A DNA stretch of 64,000 nucleotides from Macrostomum hystrix (taxonomy: Eukaryota > Animalia > Platyhelminthes), in the NCBI GenBank assembly GCA_950097015.1, contig CATNEN010000001.1, positions 21,762,001-21,826,000 of the forward strand, in the 5' to 3' direction. A program made the translations under genes and the position numbers. This document shows positions 1-12,656 of this stretch, in pieces (positions within the stretch are counted from its first letter, which is position 1; the number at the start of each line of letters is the position of its first letter). The notes beneath the pieces are model-generated. The model was given only the letters and a program-made list of their open reading frames with translations, was not told the DNA's origin and made no database searches.

Positions 1-1442
1 ACAACAATAACATGTTAAAGTTGCTTCAGGGAGAAAATGACAGTTGGCCCTAAGCCTTGTGTTTGAAGCCCAAATTACAGGGCGCCTATAACAGGTTTGC
101 TTCAAAACCTTTTTGTCCTGCCCGCTCTGCCCTGCCAGTCAAGTTTTCCTGAGAACAGGAGGCAAGGAAGGCATTGTCTTAGGTTTATATTGTTCAGTCA
201 CACACCCGAGGCAACCGAGGTGAATTCGTTCAAAGGGTCAATTTTGAGTAGGACCACCTACTGTCAGGCTGTCTGCTTTCGTACGGGGCGTGCAAAACTG
301 AAAAAATCTGTCAAGAGTAGCCGGAGGAGGAGGGGCTCGCCAACGGCTTCCGGCCAAGTGAAAGTGGAGAATCGGTTGAGCACAGAATGTAGGCTTTTTT
401 GGGTCAATATATGTCGTTTATTATAGTGTCTGCTGTGCCCAGTGCAGGGGTATGGGGGTGTGCAGCTATATTTAATTTGGCAGAGACCAATGCTGAGAAC
501 GAGTCAGCAATTTCGGATGCCCATTTTGTAGTCTCCTCTTTCTTCGAGTCGAGTGTTTAAAAGCTGAGCTTACTCAAGTCTCATTAATTCTTAGACTTTT
601 TGGCTGTGTCTGTCTAAAATCGTTATTTTAATTAACTTGCTTTCACAGTTTAGGCGAGGCTATAACAAAAACGATAGTGAATTTCAGAAAGTGCGAAATT
701 TCCTAGAAAATAAGCTGTTTTACTGAATCAAAAATCACATTTTCAAATTTCGCCGAATAGATATTTTTTCTTGGAATGATAAATTTAAAATACTTTCTTA
801 GAATAGTTTTCTAAGAAACGACACGTTGCTTAATTTGGCCAGACGTACATCCACAAGCAGGTATTGCCCAGCGCTTTCAACGGTTCTGTACAGCTGTTCA
901 GTCCATGGACACGGAATGTAGACTCGTATTGTTATTATTCTTACGCAGATTTTTTTCTTGGAAAAATTCCAAATCTGGACAAGTGGAAGATTTTTCGCAC
1001 GAGTTTAAAAGCAAGTTGAGCACTTCTACGAAATTTGTCTATCAATTAACAATCGCCAAATCTTTTCCACTGGAGTTAAAAAGCTGTTGTAGGCATACCG
1101 ATCTAACTTAGTCCTTCATTTTTTCTACCTTAATGATACGGAATTCATATTTCGCTGTTTGCCTGCTGCTTGGGGAAGGCAGTGTATTTTGGGGCAGAGA
1201 AGGGTCCAGTCTCAATGACTTACAGGCTGAAATTGTTGCTACAAAAACTAATTGCGCGCAAACAGGTGTGTGTGGGTTCACGGTCTTGTTTGATCTAGAC
1301 AAGACCAAAATCAAAGCCAATAAATGCCTCTAGGAGATTAGCTCGGCCTCCTTATTCAGCAAATATTCGTTGCTTTGCAAGTATAACTGCATGGGGAGGT
1401 GATTTAACGTTACCCAAAATTATTTGAATCCAGTATCTATAA

Positions 1443-3236
1443 TCCTGAAGTGTGCCTGAAGTTCATAGAATCCTACATCCTGAAGTGTCTGAAGTTTATA
1501 AAATCATACATCCTGGAGTGTCTCTGAAGTTCTTAGAACCCTACATCCTGAATTGTGCCTGAAGTTGATAGAACCCTACATCCTGAATTGTGCCTGAAGT
1601 TCCTAGAATCCTACATCCTGAAGTGCGTCTGAAGTTCCTAGAATCCTACATCCTGAAGTGTGTCTGAAGTTCCTAGAATCCTACATCCTGAAGTGTGTCT
1701 GAAGTTCCTAGAATCTTGCATCCTGAAGTGTGTCTGAAGTTTATAAAATCCTACATCCTGGAGTGTCTGAAGTTCCTAGAATCCTACATCCTGAAGTGTG
1801 CCTGAAGTTCCTAGAATCCTACATCCTGAAGTGTGTCTGAAGTTTCTAGAATCCTACATCCTGAAGTGTCTCTGAAGTTTCTAGAATCCTACATCCTGAA
1901 GTGTGTCTGAAGTTTATAAAATCCTACATCCTGGAGTGTCTGAAGTTCCTAGAATCCTACATCCTGAAGTGTGCCTGAAGTTCCTAGAATCCTACATCCT
2001 GAAGTGTGTCTGAAGTTTCTAGAATCCTACATCCTGAAGTGTGCCTGAAGTTGATAGAATCCTACATCCTGAAGTGTGTCTGAAGTTTCTAGAATCCTAC
2101 ATCCTGAAGTGTGTCTGAAGTTTCTAGAATCCTACATCCTGAAGTGTGTCTGAAGTTTCTAGAATCCTACATCCTGAAGTGTCTCTGAAATTTATAGAAT
2201 CCTACATCCTGAAGTGTCTCTGAAGTTTCTAGAATCCTACATCCTGAAGTGTGTCTGAAGTTTCTAGAATCCTACATCCTGAAGTGTCTCTGAAATTTAT
2301 AGAATCCTACATCCTGAAGTGTCTCTGAAGTTTCTAGAATCCTACATCCTGAAGTGTCTCTGAAATTTATAGAATCCTACATCCTGAAGTGTGCCTGAAG
2401 TTGATAGAATCCTACATCCTGAAGTGTGTCTGAAGTTTCTAGAATCCTACATCCTGAAGTGTCTCTGAAGTTTCTAGAATCCTACATCCTGAAGTGTGTC
2501 TGAAGTTTATAAAATCCTACATCCTGGAGTGTCTGAAGTTCCTAGAATCCTACATCCTGAAGTGTGCCTGAAGTTGATAGAATCCTACATCCTGGAGTGT
2601 CTGAAGTTCCTAGAATCCTACATCCTGAAGTGTGCCTGAAGTTCCTAGAATCCTACATCCTGAAGTGTGTCTGAAGTTTCTAGAATCCTACATCCTGAAG
2701 TGTGCCTGAAGTTGATAGAATCCTACATCCTGAAGTGTGTCTGAAGTTTCTAGAATCCTACATCCTGAAGTGTGTCTGAAGTTTATAGAATCCTACATCC
2801 TGAAGTGCCTCTGAAATTTATAGAATCCTACATCCTGAAGTGTCTCTGAAATTTATAGAATCCTACATCCTGAAGTGTGCCTGAAGTTGATAGAATCCTA
2901 CATCCTGAAGTGTGTCTGAAGTTTCTAGAATCCTACATCCTGAAGTGTGTCTGAAGTTTCTAGAATCCTACATCCTGAAGTGTGTCTGAAGTTCCTAGAA
3001 TCCTACATCCTGAAGTGTGCCTGAAGTTCCTAGAATCCTACATCCTGAAGTGTGTCTGAAGTTTCTAGAATCCTACATCCTGAAGTGTGCCTGAAGTTCC
3101 TGGAATCCTACATCCTGAAGTGTGTCTGAAGTTTCTAGAATCCTACATCCTGAAGTGTGTCTGAAGTTTCTAGAATCCTACATCCTGAAGTGTGCCTGAA
3201 GTTCCTGGAATCCTACATCCTGAAGTCTTTCTGAAG
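1443..3236. repeat. 35-bp minisatellite (TCCTACATCCTGAAGTGTGTCTGAAGTTTCTAGAA)n, about 50 copies
   Basis: Directly visible tandem array, downstream of the exon donor at 3389 on the minus strand. Confidence 0.97.
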
Positions 3237-3389
3237 TCTCACCAATCCTTCATCCTTAATATTTTCAACTGAGAAATATTTAGGCAAAAATTGAATGACT
3301 ATATATAATTAAACTCAAGAAAATTTCTGCTTTTTAAGCACAGCCTCAGAGAAGGAAGGTATGCTCAGCCTCAGAGTGAGCATACTCAC

Positions 3390-4158
3390 CTGAGAACTTG
3401 TTCCCAATGCGCTCTAGCAGGATTTTTGTGTACAATCCGTCAGTGTTGTTCATCTTCAGATCCTCGGCTACCTGCGAGTCCAGCGTGGTCGCCTCAAAGT
3501 GGTAGGAGAAGTTGGACTTGAAGTAGTGCTGGAAGGCCCGGTCTACAAACTGGCACTGGAACATGTCCACGTAGTAGCTCGGACCCGAGTCGCTGGGCAC
3601 CGCTTTGCCCTTGTTGATGAAGAACAGTCGATTCCAGTTGCGGCCAAGGTTGGACATCACCCAGGTCAGCGCCTTATAGAGGCCCTGGCCAGTGGCGCCA
3701 ACTCTGATCATGTCGTCGTATCGTTTCAACGAGTCCGACAGTGCGCCCGCCGAGATGAAAGCGTCGCTGTCGTGCTTGTAGTACAGGAACACATTGTTGA
3801 TGGGGTAGGAGCAGAGAAGGCCGGTGATCAGGCGCAGCTGGTTGCTCTTTGCCGCGCTGTGCTGCTTGCACTTCAGCGACATCAGCTCGCGAACGGACAG
3901 CACGTGGTCGCAGGGAAAGTCCTCAGGCTCCGGCACCAGCTGAATGGTATCGCCCAGTGCTGTCAGCAGCAGGGGATGCTTCATAGCGACGTCAAACGCG
4001 GCCTGGACGAGCTCCAGCGGGCTGACAACCTCGTGATTCTCCGGCCCGTACTTTGGAGCCAGCAGCAACACGGTGACGTTCTTTTTCGGCGAAGCGATGG
4101 CGACGATTGACGAGACAGTCAGGAGGGCGAGGGAAATTCGCCATGGCAGGGCGATCAT
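3390..4158 (-). CDS. First coding exon (unit B) of an ANF-receptor / receptor guanylyl cyclase-type extracellular Venus-flytrap domain
   Basis: ATG at 4158, then a hydrophobic signal peptide (MIALPWRISLALLTVSSIVAIA). Family-typical elements: NVTVLLLAP, AAFDVAM, ITGLLCSY, FISAGA, MIRVG, NWNR. Ends at IGNKFS-G with a phase-1 donor CAG|gtgagt at 3389. No downstream exons recognised in the window. Confidence 0.75.
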
Positions 4159-4396
4159 GATTTGATCATAAACGAACGGAACTGTTTTCAATATCACTTC
4201 ATTGGATCGATGGAAATAGAAACTTTTTATCTTGCGTGTAAAGTTTGCGTATCGTTTTCTGAAGATTTCTTCTTCTCCTTCGTTCTTAGAGTTCTGTTCT
4301 TTGTTTTTTTATACTTCAGGCTAAAACAAATGTGCAGCTAGCTGCTTGAGAGGCAAGTGTTGTGCTTGTCTCTGTGTGTGCAATCACTAGAAGTGC

Positions 4397-4402
4397 TTTA
4401 TA
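4397..4402 (-). promoter_or_regulatory. TATA box (TATAAA) upstream of receptor unit B
   Basis: Minus strand reads GGTCTATAAAGCAC, about 240 bp upstream of ATG 4158. Confidence 0.45.
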
Positions 4403-4938
4403 GACCGGGGCGTTGGTAATATTGCGAGGCCGGGCCAGTTCTGGTTGGCTAATAGCAGAAGAACAGACAGAAGACAAGTCTGTTCAGTCTTGAATGACTG
4501 CATAAAATTTTGCAACCCCAGAAAAGCCACTGAGGGAGGGTTGGGGGCGGTTTGTGAGGAGGAAAATGTTTTTAGGCTGACGGGGTTTAAAAGGAGGCCG
4601 ATCTCTTGTCTGTTGCATTGTGGGACTGGGGAGGGGAAGGCTTATTGTACAAGGATAGATAAACGCATGGGAGAGATGAGAGAACTAAAAAGCTTCGTGG
4701 GAGAATCAATGCATATTCTCATGTCCTTTGACGATTGTTCGGATAATTTGGCTCAGATTAGTAACTAAGAGCGACTATAATTATAGAAATGATCAATAAG
4801 ATTAGGATTCGACTGTGCTCGGGCGTCTGAGTTATAGATTTTCATATCTGCACAAAAGATACGAGTACAAGGCAATCAAATAATATAAAGCATTAATCTT
4901 TAGAAAAATGACCCTGTCTTGAAAGGCGTTTTCTGGAG

Positions 4939-5330
4939 CCCGCAGCCAGCGACGAGGCAATTCTGCTCATTCCGCTGACTCCTGAGCACACACGCCACAC
5001 AGGTGTGTACATCTGCCCTGACTTTCTCATCTACAGGCAGTGTACACTCTCACTGCCTCTCAGAGGTTGGCCCTCAAGGGCGGGGGTCGGTGGCAGAGCG
5101 TTTCGATTCCGCGGAGAGGCCACATTTATTTGGGGCGCAGCCGCGGAGAGAAGGCTTGGGGGCTTGTCGTGCAAGACGATGAGAAAGTCAGGGCAGATGT
5201 ACACACCTGTGTGAGTGTGTGCTCAGGAGTCAGCGGAATGAGCAGAATTGCCTCGTCGCTGGCTGCGGGTCTAGTGTCACGAAATGATGCGCCATTGCAT
5301 GGAGACCTACCGCAGTTATTTATAATATTA
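4939..5330. mobile_element. Two divergent partial copies of tRNA-derived SINE family A forming an inverted repeat
   Basis: 4939-5081 matches the 10579-10933 copy (minus orientation). 5083-5330 is a plus-orientation, internally deleted copy starting GGGGTCGGTGGCAGAGCG...TTCGATTCC. Confidence 0.8.
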
Positions 5331-6562
5331 TTCCATTATTTTTTCCCTGTAGGGTGTGAATTAAACGACAACCCTATCAAATTTAGAAATTTTCACATTT
5401 TGAAACCAACAAAGCAGTTGAATTAAATAAATAGAATTATAAATTCCATATCTTCCTTGAAAATAATCAACCTGACAAAGGATAAATAAACAAAATATGG
5501 TAATTAAATCTGTGAAATATGGCACTAACGGGCATGACAAAGGATAATTTCTGCAATCGTTGACGACACAGCAGACACGCCAGCCACAACCCATTCACCG
5601 TTGTTGTGTTCTGTATAAATTAAAAAATTATGAAAAAGTAGACAATGACTCTGCGAGCTTAAAGGGTAGACAAACACAGTTGAGACCATACTCAACCATT
5701 GACTCCTGCCCTACAGCGCGTAACTCGTTTCGTTAATAAAAAAAGAGAGCTGACAGAAACCTCTTAGCTTCTTGAAGCTCTATGATAAAAAATGTTTGAG
5801 TCAGAGAGATGGGTTGATAATTTATTAGATGCTATAATCTTCACTGGTTTCGTATGAGTTTCGAATTCGAATTTCGAATAATTTATATTAACCGCAAAAA
5901 CGATTATAACAGCGTACTGAACGGCCTACTAACAAGCTCAACAGTAGGCAGAGAAGCTTTCATTCGGAATTTTTTGCTATTTCTCGAAAATTTTCTTAGA
6001 AACATTGCCTCAGAATCTTAGTCAAAGGGAAACGATTTGTATTTGTTCAAGCAAGGCCTTGTTTTAGTTAACCCAGGGTAGAAATTAATTTGGGCATTCA
6101 CAGTCCGCGGACTGAACAACTGTACATGGACTTTGGAAGCGAAGCATTGCTCAACAGCTGCGGCTGTGCAATTACTATAAATGCATCAACAGCTGAGCGA
6201 TAATCTATCTAGCCTACTCACAAGTAGAACGAATAGTAAGCAGTACCATTTTATAAGTAGTTAATCAGTTATCTGATTTTCGGCAAAGATTGTACATATA
6301 ACTAATCTAAGGCCACGGTGAGTTCATGTTTTTAATTAAATGAGTTCTTGTCACGTGAGTTTGGATCAATTTTCTGAGATCAAAGTAGTACACAAGAAGA
6401 TAGAAAACATGAATTACAAATATTTTTTTACCTATCAAAGGATTAGTTAGAGATACACTCACTAGAAAGAGATTTTTTCAGTTTCATTAAATTACTTGAA
6501 AACTATCAGATGCTTGATATCCCAAAAATGCTATCTAGGTTACATATGTTAGATAGAGAAGC

Positions 6563-6960
6563 AGCTGTTAGACAGGGCACCAGCTGTTAGATATAGTAAC
6601 AACTGTTAGACAGGGCACTAGCTCTTACACAAAGTGTTCAGCTGTTAGACAATGTGTTCAGGTGTTAGACAATGTATTCAGCTGTTAAACAACCTATTCA
6701 GCTGTTAGACAATGTGTTCAGCTGTTAAACAACCTATTCAGCTGTTAGACAATGTATTCAGCTGTTAAACAACCTATTCAGCTGTTAGACAATGTGTTCA
6801 GCTGTTAGACAACCTATTCAGCTGTTAGACAATGTGTTCAGCTGTTAGACAATGTGTTCAGCTGTTAGACAACCTATTCAGCTGTTAGACAATGTGTTCA
6901 GCTGTTAGACAACCTATTCAGCTGTTAGACAATGTGTTCAACTGTTAGACAATGTGTTCA
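6563..6960. repeat. 20-bp minisatellite (GCTGTTAGACAATGTGTTCA)n
   Basis: Tandem array beginning about 10 nt after the donor at 6972. Confidence 0.95.
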
Positions 6961-6972
6961 CAGCGGACTCAC

Positions 6973-7391
6973 AAGCCTTTCCAACTCCGACCCGTCGAGT
7001 GAGCACATCCTCCCAGCTCAGCGAGCCGGCCAGCTCGAAGATGCAGTCGATGCCGTACAGCTGGCCGGAGATCCTCGTGCACCACTGCATGAGGTTCTGA
7101 GCCAGGCCCTGCAGCCGTGGCAAATCATCAAACGGCGAGTGCTTGACTTCGCTGAACACGAAGGTGGCCCGTTTCCAGTTGTTCTCCTCCATGAAGATGC
7201 GGATGATGTCGGGCAGAACCTCCATGCGGAATGGCGTCACCCGGATCATGTTGGTGCCGTTTCGATTGCCGAATTCGTCCCTGACAGCAGCCGGTGTCAC
7301 CGACGGGATGCCGTTGAGAAACGTGAAGGGAATGAACTGCGTGATGGCGTAGTCAGTCATTGGGCCGAAGAAGGCGTGGATGCACAGCTTG
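6973..7391 (-). CDS. Second coding exon of ANF-receptor-type unit A
   Basis: Acceptor ccccgtag|C at 7392; its phase 2 matches the donor at 22325. Encodes KLCIHAFFGPMTDYAI..GIPSVTPAA..MIRVTP..ENNWKRATFVF. Ends at RRVGVGKA with a phase-1 donor T|gtgagt at 6972. Confidence 0.75.
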
Positions 7392-7477
7392 CTACGGGGT
7401 CGGCGAAATCGGGTTGGGGTGTGTACGAAGGTTATTTGATAATATCGCTTCAATTCGAGTCTAACTGGTGTCTTAGG

Positions 7478-8492
7478 GGTGTCAGTAGGTGGGTGTCAGA
7501 CTGAGTGGTGTCAGTATGAGGGGGTCAGACTGAGTGGTGTCAATAAGAGGGTGTCAGACTGAGTGGTGTCAATATGAGAGTGTCAGACTGAGTGGTGTCA
7601 ATAAGAGGGTGTCAGACTGAGTGGTGTCAATAAGAGGGTGTCAGACTGAGTGGTGTCAGTATGAGGGTGTCAGACTGAGTGGTGTCAATATGAGAGTGTC
7701 AGACTGAGTGGTGTCAATATGAGAGTGTCAGACTGAGTGGTGTCGGTATGAGGGTGTCAGACTGAGTGGTGTCAATATGAGGGTGTCAGTAAGAGGTTGT
7801 CAGTATGAGGGTGTCAGACTGAGTGGTGTCAGTAAGAGGGTGTCAGTAAGAGGGTGTCAGTAAGAGGGTGTCAGTAAGAGGTTGTCAGTATGAGGGTGTC
7901 AGTATGAGGGTGTCAGTATGAGGGTGTCAGACTGAGTGGTGTCAATAAGAGGGTGTCAGACTGAGTGGTGTCAATATGAGGGTGTCAGACTGAGTGGTGT
8001 CAATATGAGAGTGTCAGACTGAGTGGTGTCAGTATGAGGGTGTCAGACTGAGTGGTGTCAATATGAGGGTGTCAGACTGAGTGGTGTCAGTATGAGGGTG
8101 TCAGACTGAGTGGTGTCAGTATGAGGGTGTCAGTAAGAGGGTGTCAGTAAGAGGGTGTCAGTAAGAGGTTGTCAGTATGAGGGTGTCAGTATGAGGGTAT
8201 CAGTATGAGGGTGTCAGTATGAGGGTGTCAGACTGAGTGGTGTCAGTAAGAGGGTGTCAGTAAGAGGGTGTCAGTAAGAGGGTGTCAGTAAGAGGTTGTC
8301 AGTATGAGGGTGTCAGTATGAGGGTATCAGTATGAGGGTGTCAGTATGAGGGTGTCAGACTGAGTGGTGTCAGTAAGAGGGTGTCAGTATGAGGGTGTCA
8401 GAATGAGTGGTGTCAGTAGGTGGGTGTCAGACTGAGTGGTGTCAGTAAGAGGTTGTCAGACTGAGTGGTGTCAGCAGTTGGGTGTCAGAGGG
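7478..8492. repeat. 14/15-bp subunit (29-bp) minisatellite GTGTCAGACTGAGTG-GTGTCAGTATGAGG
   Basis: Directly visible tandem array. Confidence 0.95.
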
Positions 8493-8979
8493 TGTTTGAC
8501 ATAATAAAGTCTTCAAATAAAATATGGTTAAATCGGTTTTGTGTTTCCTTCAAACTTCAGCAATGCGAATAGCAAAAAAATAACTGTCTAACTATAGTTT
8601 AATTATATTCATTCCGATCTCGAAATATAAATCAAATAATCTAATAAATTATCTTTGCCAAAGCTACTCCTCATTTGTTGTACTGTCATCTCATGTTCTG
8701 AATTAACTCCAAGGCATTTATTCGAATGATCAATACAGCTTGTTGCCCAATGCAAAAATATCACGCAGTCTAGAATTAGCAAATGCACGACCCAATGCAC
8801 AATCTAATAGATAATAATATCTGTTTGTGTTATTTTTAGGAATTGATCAGTGAGAACAATATTTCTTAGTCTGTGCTTCCCTGTGAGTTACATCCCGATC
8901 ATGGCATATCAGGTATGCCATTGGAGAAATCTTAACATGACAACCACATAATAATTAATATGATGAGCTCCAAAGAGAA

Positions 8980-9480
8980 AATAATGATGACATGAAGGAC
9001 TGAGAATGATGACATGAAGGAATGAGAATGATGACATGAAGGAATGAGAATGATGAGATGAAGGACTGAGAATGATGACATGAAGGACTGAGAATGATGA
9101 CATGAAGGAATGAGAATGATGACATGAAGGAATGAGAATGATGAGATGAAGGACTGAGAATGATGACATGAAGCACTGAGAATGATAAGATGAAGGACTG
9201 AGAATGATGACATGAAGGGCTGAGAATGATGATGAGATGAAGGACTGAGAATGATGAGATGAAGGACTGAGAATGATGAGGTGAAGGGCTGAGAATGATG
9301 ATGAAATGTAGGACTGAGAATGATGATGAGATGAAGGACTGAGAATGATGATGAGATGAAGGACTGAGAATGATGATGAGATGAAGGACTGAGAATGATG
9401 ATGAGATGAAGGACTGAAAATGATAAGATGAAGGACTGAGAATGATGATGAGTTGAAGGACTGAGAATGATGACATGAGG
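8980..9480. repeat. 22-25-bp minisatellite (GAAGGACTGAGAATGATGACAT)n
   Basis: Directly visible; explains the overlapping low-complexity ORFs. Confidence 0.95.
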
Positions 9481-10578
9481 GAATAATATAAACTTAGAAA
9501 TTGCAGACAAAGGTATCTAAGTTTTAACTGCTAGCATTAAACTAGCAATAAGTTTTTGGGACGAATACTTTTGAATTTAGGGATTTACTGTTACCCTAAT
9601 GCGATCCTAAGTAATTTATTTGAAAGAGGATTTCCTATTACTAACCAGCAGTTATCCGCTAGTCATAAATGTCAAAAGTCACCCACCCTCTGTCTGTCTG
9701 TGTCTCATGAGACAGCTGTTCCGCCGAGAGCCGAGGCAAGCATGTCAAGAATCCCCAGGTCGATATTTAGGGGATTATAACTGGATGGGGATCCGAGGGG
9801 AAGTCACAGATGGGGGAGAGAGAGAGTGGACAGACAAAAGCCGCAATCTCACTGGGATTAAAGCTCAAGGATGGACTGAGGATAAAAGAATATGGAATGC
9901 CTACCTCAGGGGAATGTACATGGACATTGTCTTTCAATTCTAGCCGTAGCAGCAGCAGCAGCAAATCCAGTTCCTTTTGTTTTTCTTGTTTTCCATTCAA
10001 TTCTCAGTTATAGAATTTCTGATCAGTCTCTTCTACATTTGCAGTATCGAAAATGGGCAAATGTAACACAAACACATGCAACACGGCGGAGACAGGAGCA
10101 AGCGAAAGCATGATGTCACAGAAAAAAACAACTATCTGAGTACAGTCGCTGAGTACTTTGCGCCAAAGAAGACAGGGCGAGAGAAAAAAGAGGCAGATGA
10201 GAAAAAAGTATCACCATCTTTTGTCTGACGCGACTTTTTGTTCTTTGCCTCCATTGTTCTCGAGGCCATCAAAGTGTGGACACTTTTGCGTCATTCCGTT
10301 ATATCTGGCCAAGGAATTTGAGATTCCATTTAAATTTTCAACAGATTCTCTGTAACTAAGTGAATTTCGAGTTCACAGTTTCGTGCTATATATAATTATT
10401 CTCGTGAGCGTAATTCTAAATTCACGTCCTTCATTTTAATTTATCAATCTCAGCTTTTGCTGTTAATCAATCAATGCAAACCTATCAGTCACTACGTGCC
10501 AAATAATCAACTTATCTATAGCACCAAAAAATCTAAGTCTCGATTTTAAGCAATCAATCCCACTTATCAATCTCACAA

Positions 10579-10933
10579 TAATAATTTCAGGAGGGTTGCG
10601 GGCAATGGCATTTCAATTGGTGACACCAGACCCGCAACCAGCGAGGAGGCAATTCTGAACATTTCGCTGACTCCTGAGCACACACCCACACAGATACTGT
10701 ACGCAGGCACACACTCACACAGGTGTGTACATCTGCACTGACTTTTTCGTCGTCAGGGAGTGTACACTCTCACTGTGCCTTGGAGGTTGGCCCTCAAGGG
10801 CGTAAATTGCACGACAAGTCCCCAAGCCTTCTCTCCGCGGCTGCGCCCCAAATAAATATGGCCTCGCTGCGGAATCGAGCTCAGGGACCTTGGTGCGAGA
10901 GGAAAACGCGTTAACCGCTCTGCCACCGACCCT
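10579..10933 (-). mobile_element. tRNA-derived SINE, family A, full length
   Basis: Minus strand starts GGGTCGGTGGCAGAGCGG (A box)...GCTCGATTCC (B box) and ends in a short (ATT)n tail. TSD TTATCAA(T/A)CTCACAA at 10564-10578 and 10934-10948. Further copies at 43180-43538 and 4939-5330. Confidence 0.85.
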
Positions 10934-11790
10934 TTATCAAACTCACAACATAAATCTCCATATTTTTATTAAATATCCCTAATAGTCTCACCCTATCAAT
11001 ATATGTTTCTACTTATTAATTTCGTCATATCAATCTCGATGTCAATCTAATAAATCAATCCTACCTCATCAATCTCGAGTTTAGCTCAGCCAGCAGCAGC
11101 AAATCCTACCTGTCCGCTGACTAGCGGTATGCAAAGTTAAATTGCGCAAAATATAAAGCTAATTTCCCGATTTCGCTCTGCAGCCAATTCATTTGCACTT
11201 CCCGATTCAGATGAATTCGACCTTTGGCCAACACAAGCAGCCGGGCAGGGCTACTTCCCCCTTTAGGAATCGGTCAAGCGGGTTATAGATTCTACGACGT
11301 AGATGGGAAGTACGAGTATATTCTAGGCAATCAGTGGCTGCCGGGCCCCATTTTCTAGGCGGACAGAAAACATTGCCTAGACATGAATAATACATGCTAA
11401 TAATGTTTTCTAAGAAAGCTAATCTGGACTCACAGACACACACACTCACACACACTCACACACTCTCTGCCGTGCGTGTTTAGTTTATGTGTGTATCCAC
11501 GCAGCTACCAAGCGTGTTTTACTTCTCGCAAGATGTTGAGCAGTGTGCTGAGCTCAGTCGGGACCCGCAACCAGCTGTCTGCTTTCATTGTTTAAACAGG
11601 GAAAGCTTCTTTTCTTTGGTAGCTGCGGGCTTGTTTTTATAGTAGATTCGGTTCACGAGCTGTGACCAAAGTTTTAGGCACTTTTTCTTTCTAAAGTGCA
11701 AACACATTTCTGGCGCTATATCTAGATCAAAGTCACACAATGGCTCCTTTGTGCAATACTCTTCTTATCTTCTTCTTTTCTCGACATTTC

Positions 11791-12656
11791 TCACGTTATT
11801 TACCCATTGGTCACGTTATTTACCCATTGGTCACGTTATTTACTCATTGGTCACGTTATTTACCCATTGGTCACGTTATTTACCCATTGGTCACGTTATT
11901 TACTCATTGGTCACGTTATTTACCCATTGGTCACGTTATTTACCCATTGGTCACGTTATTTACCCATTGGTCACGTTATTTACCCATTGGTCACGTTATT
12001 TACCCATTGGTCACGTTATTTACCCATTGGTCACGTTATTTACCCATTGGTCACGTTATTTACTCATTGGTCACGTTATTTACCCATTGGTCACGTTATT
12101 TACCCATTGGTCCCGTTATTTACCCATTGGTCCCGTTATTTACCCATTGGTCACGTTATTTACCCATTGGTCACGTTATTTACCCATTGGTCCCGTTATT
12201 TACCCATTGGTCACGTTATTTACCCATTGGTCCCGTTATTTACCCATTGGTCCCGTTATTTACACATTGGTCCCGTTATTTACCCATTGGTCACGTTATT
12301 TACTCATTGGTCACGTTATTTACCCATTGGTCACGTTATTTACCCATTGGTCACGTTATTTACCCATTGGTCACGTTATTTACCCATTGGTCACGTTATT
12401 TACCCATTGGTCACGTTATTTACCCATTGGTCACGTTATTTACCCATTGGTCACGTTATTTACCCATTGGTCACGTTATTTACCCATTGGTCACGTTATT
12501 TACCCATTGGTCACGTTATTTACCCATTGGTCACGTTATTTACCCATTGGTCCCGTTATTTACCCATTGGTCACGTTATTTACCCATTGGTCACGTTATT
12601 TACCCATTGGTCACGTTATTTACCCATTGGTCACGTTATTTACTCATTGGTCACGT
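11791..12656. repeat. 20-bp minisatellite (TCACGTTATTTACCCATTGG)n, about 43 highly homogeneous copies
   Basis: Directly visible; followed by degenerate pyrimidine-rich repeats to about 13080. Confidence 0.98.

Noticed and set aside
1443-3236. 35-bp repeats resembling a CRISPR array (also 26320-26797)
   Set aside because: Head-to-tail units without unique spacers, no cas genes, eukaryotic context.
3499-4110. Antisense or overlapping ORFs over GC-rich exons (also 6932-7504, 14415-15050, 39312-39875, 49060-49683)
   Set aside because: Shadow frames of real coding sequence, without recognisable motifs.
11110-11642. A third variable receptor exon (minus-strand TATAAAA near 11640 and donor CAG|gtagg near 11110)
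   Set aside because: No open frame with a signal peptide or ANF-like motifs reaches the donor; at most a non-coding exon.
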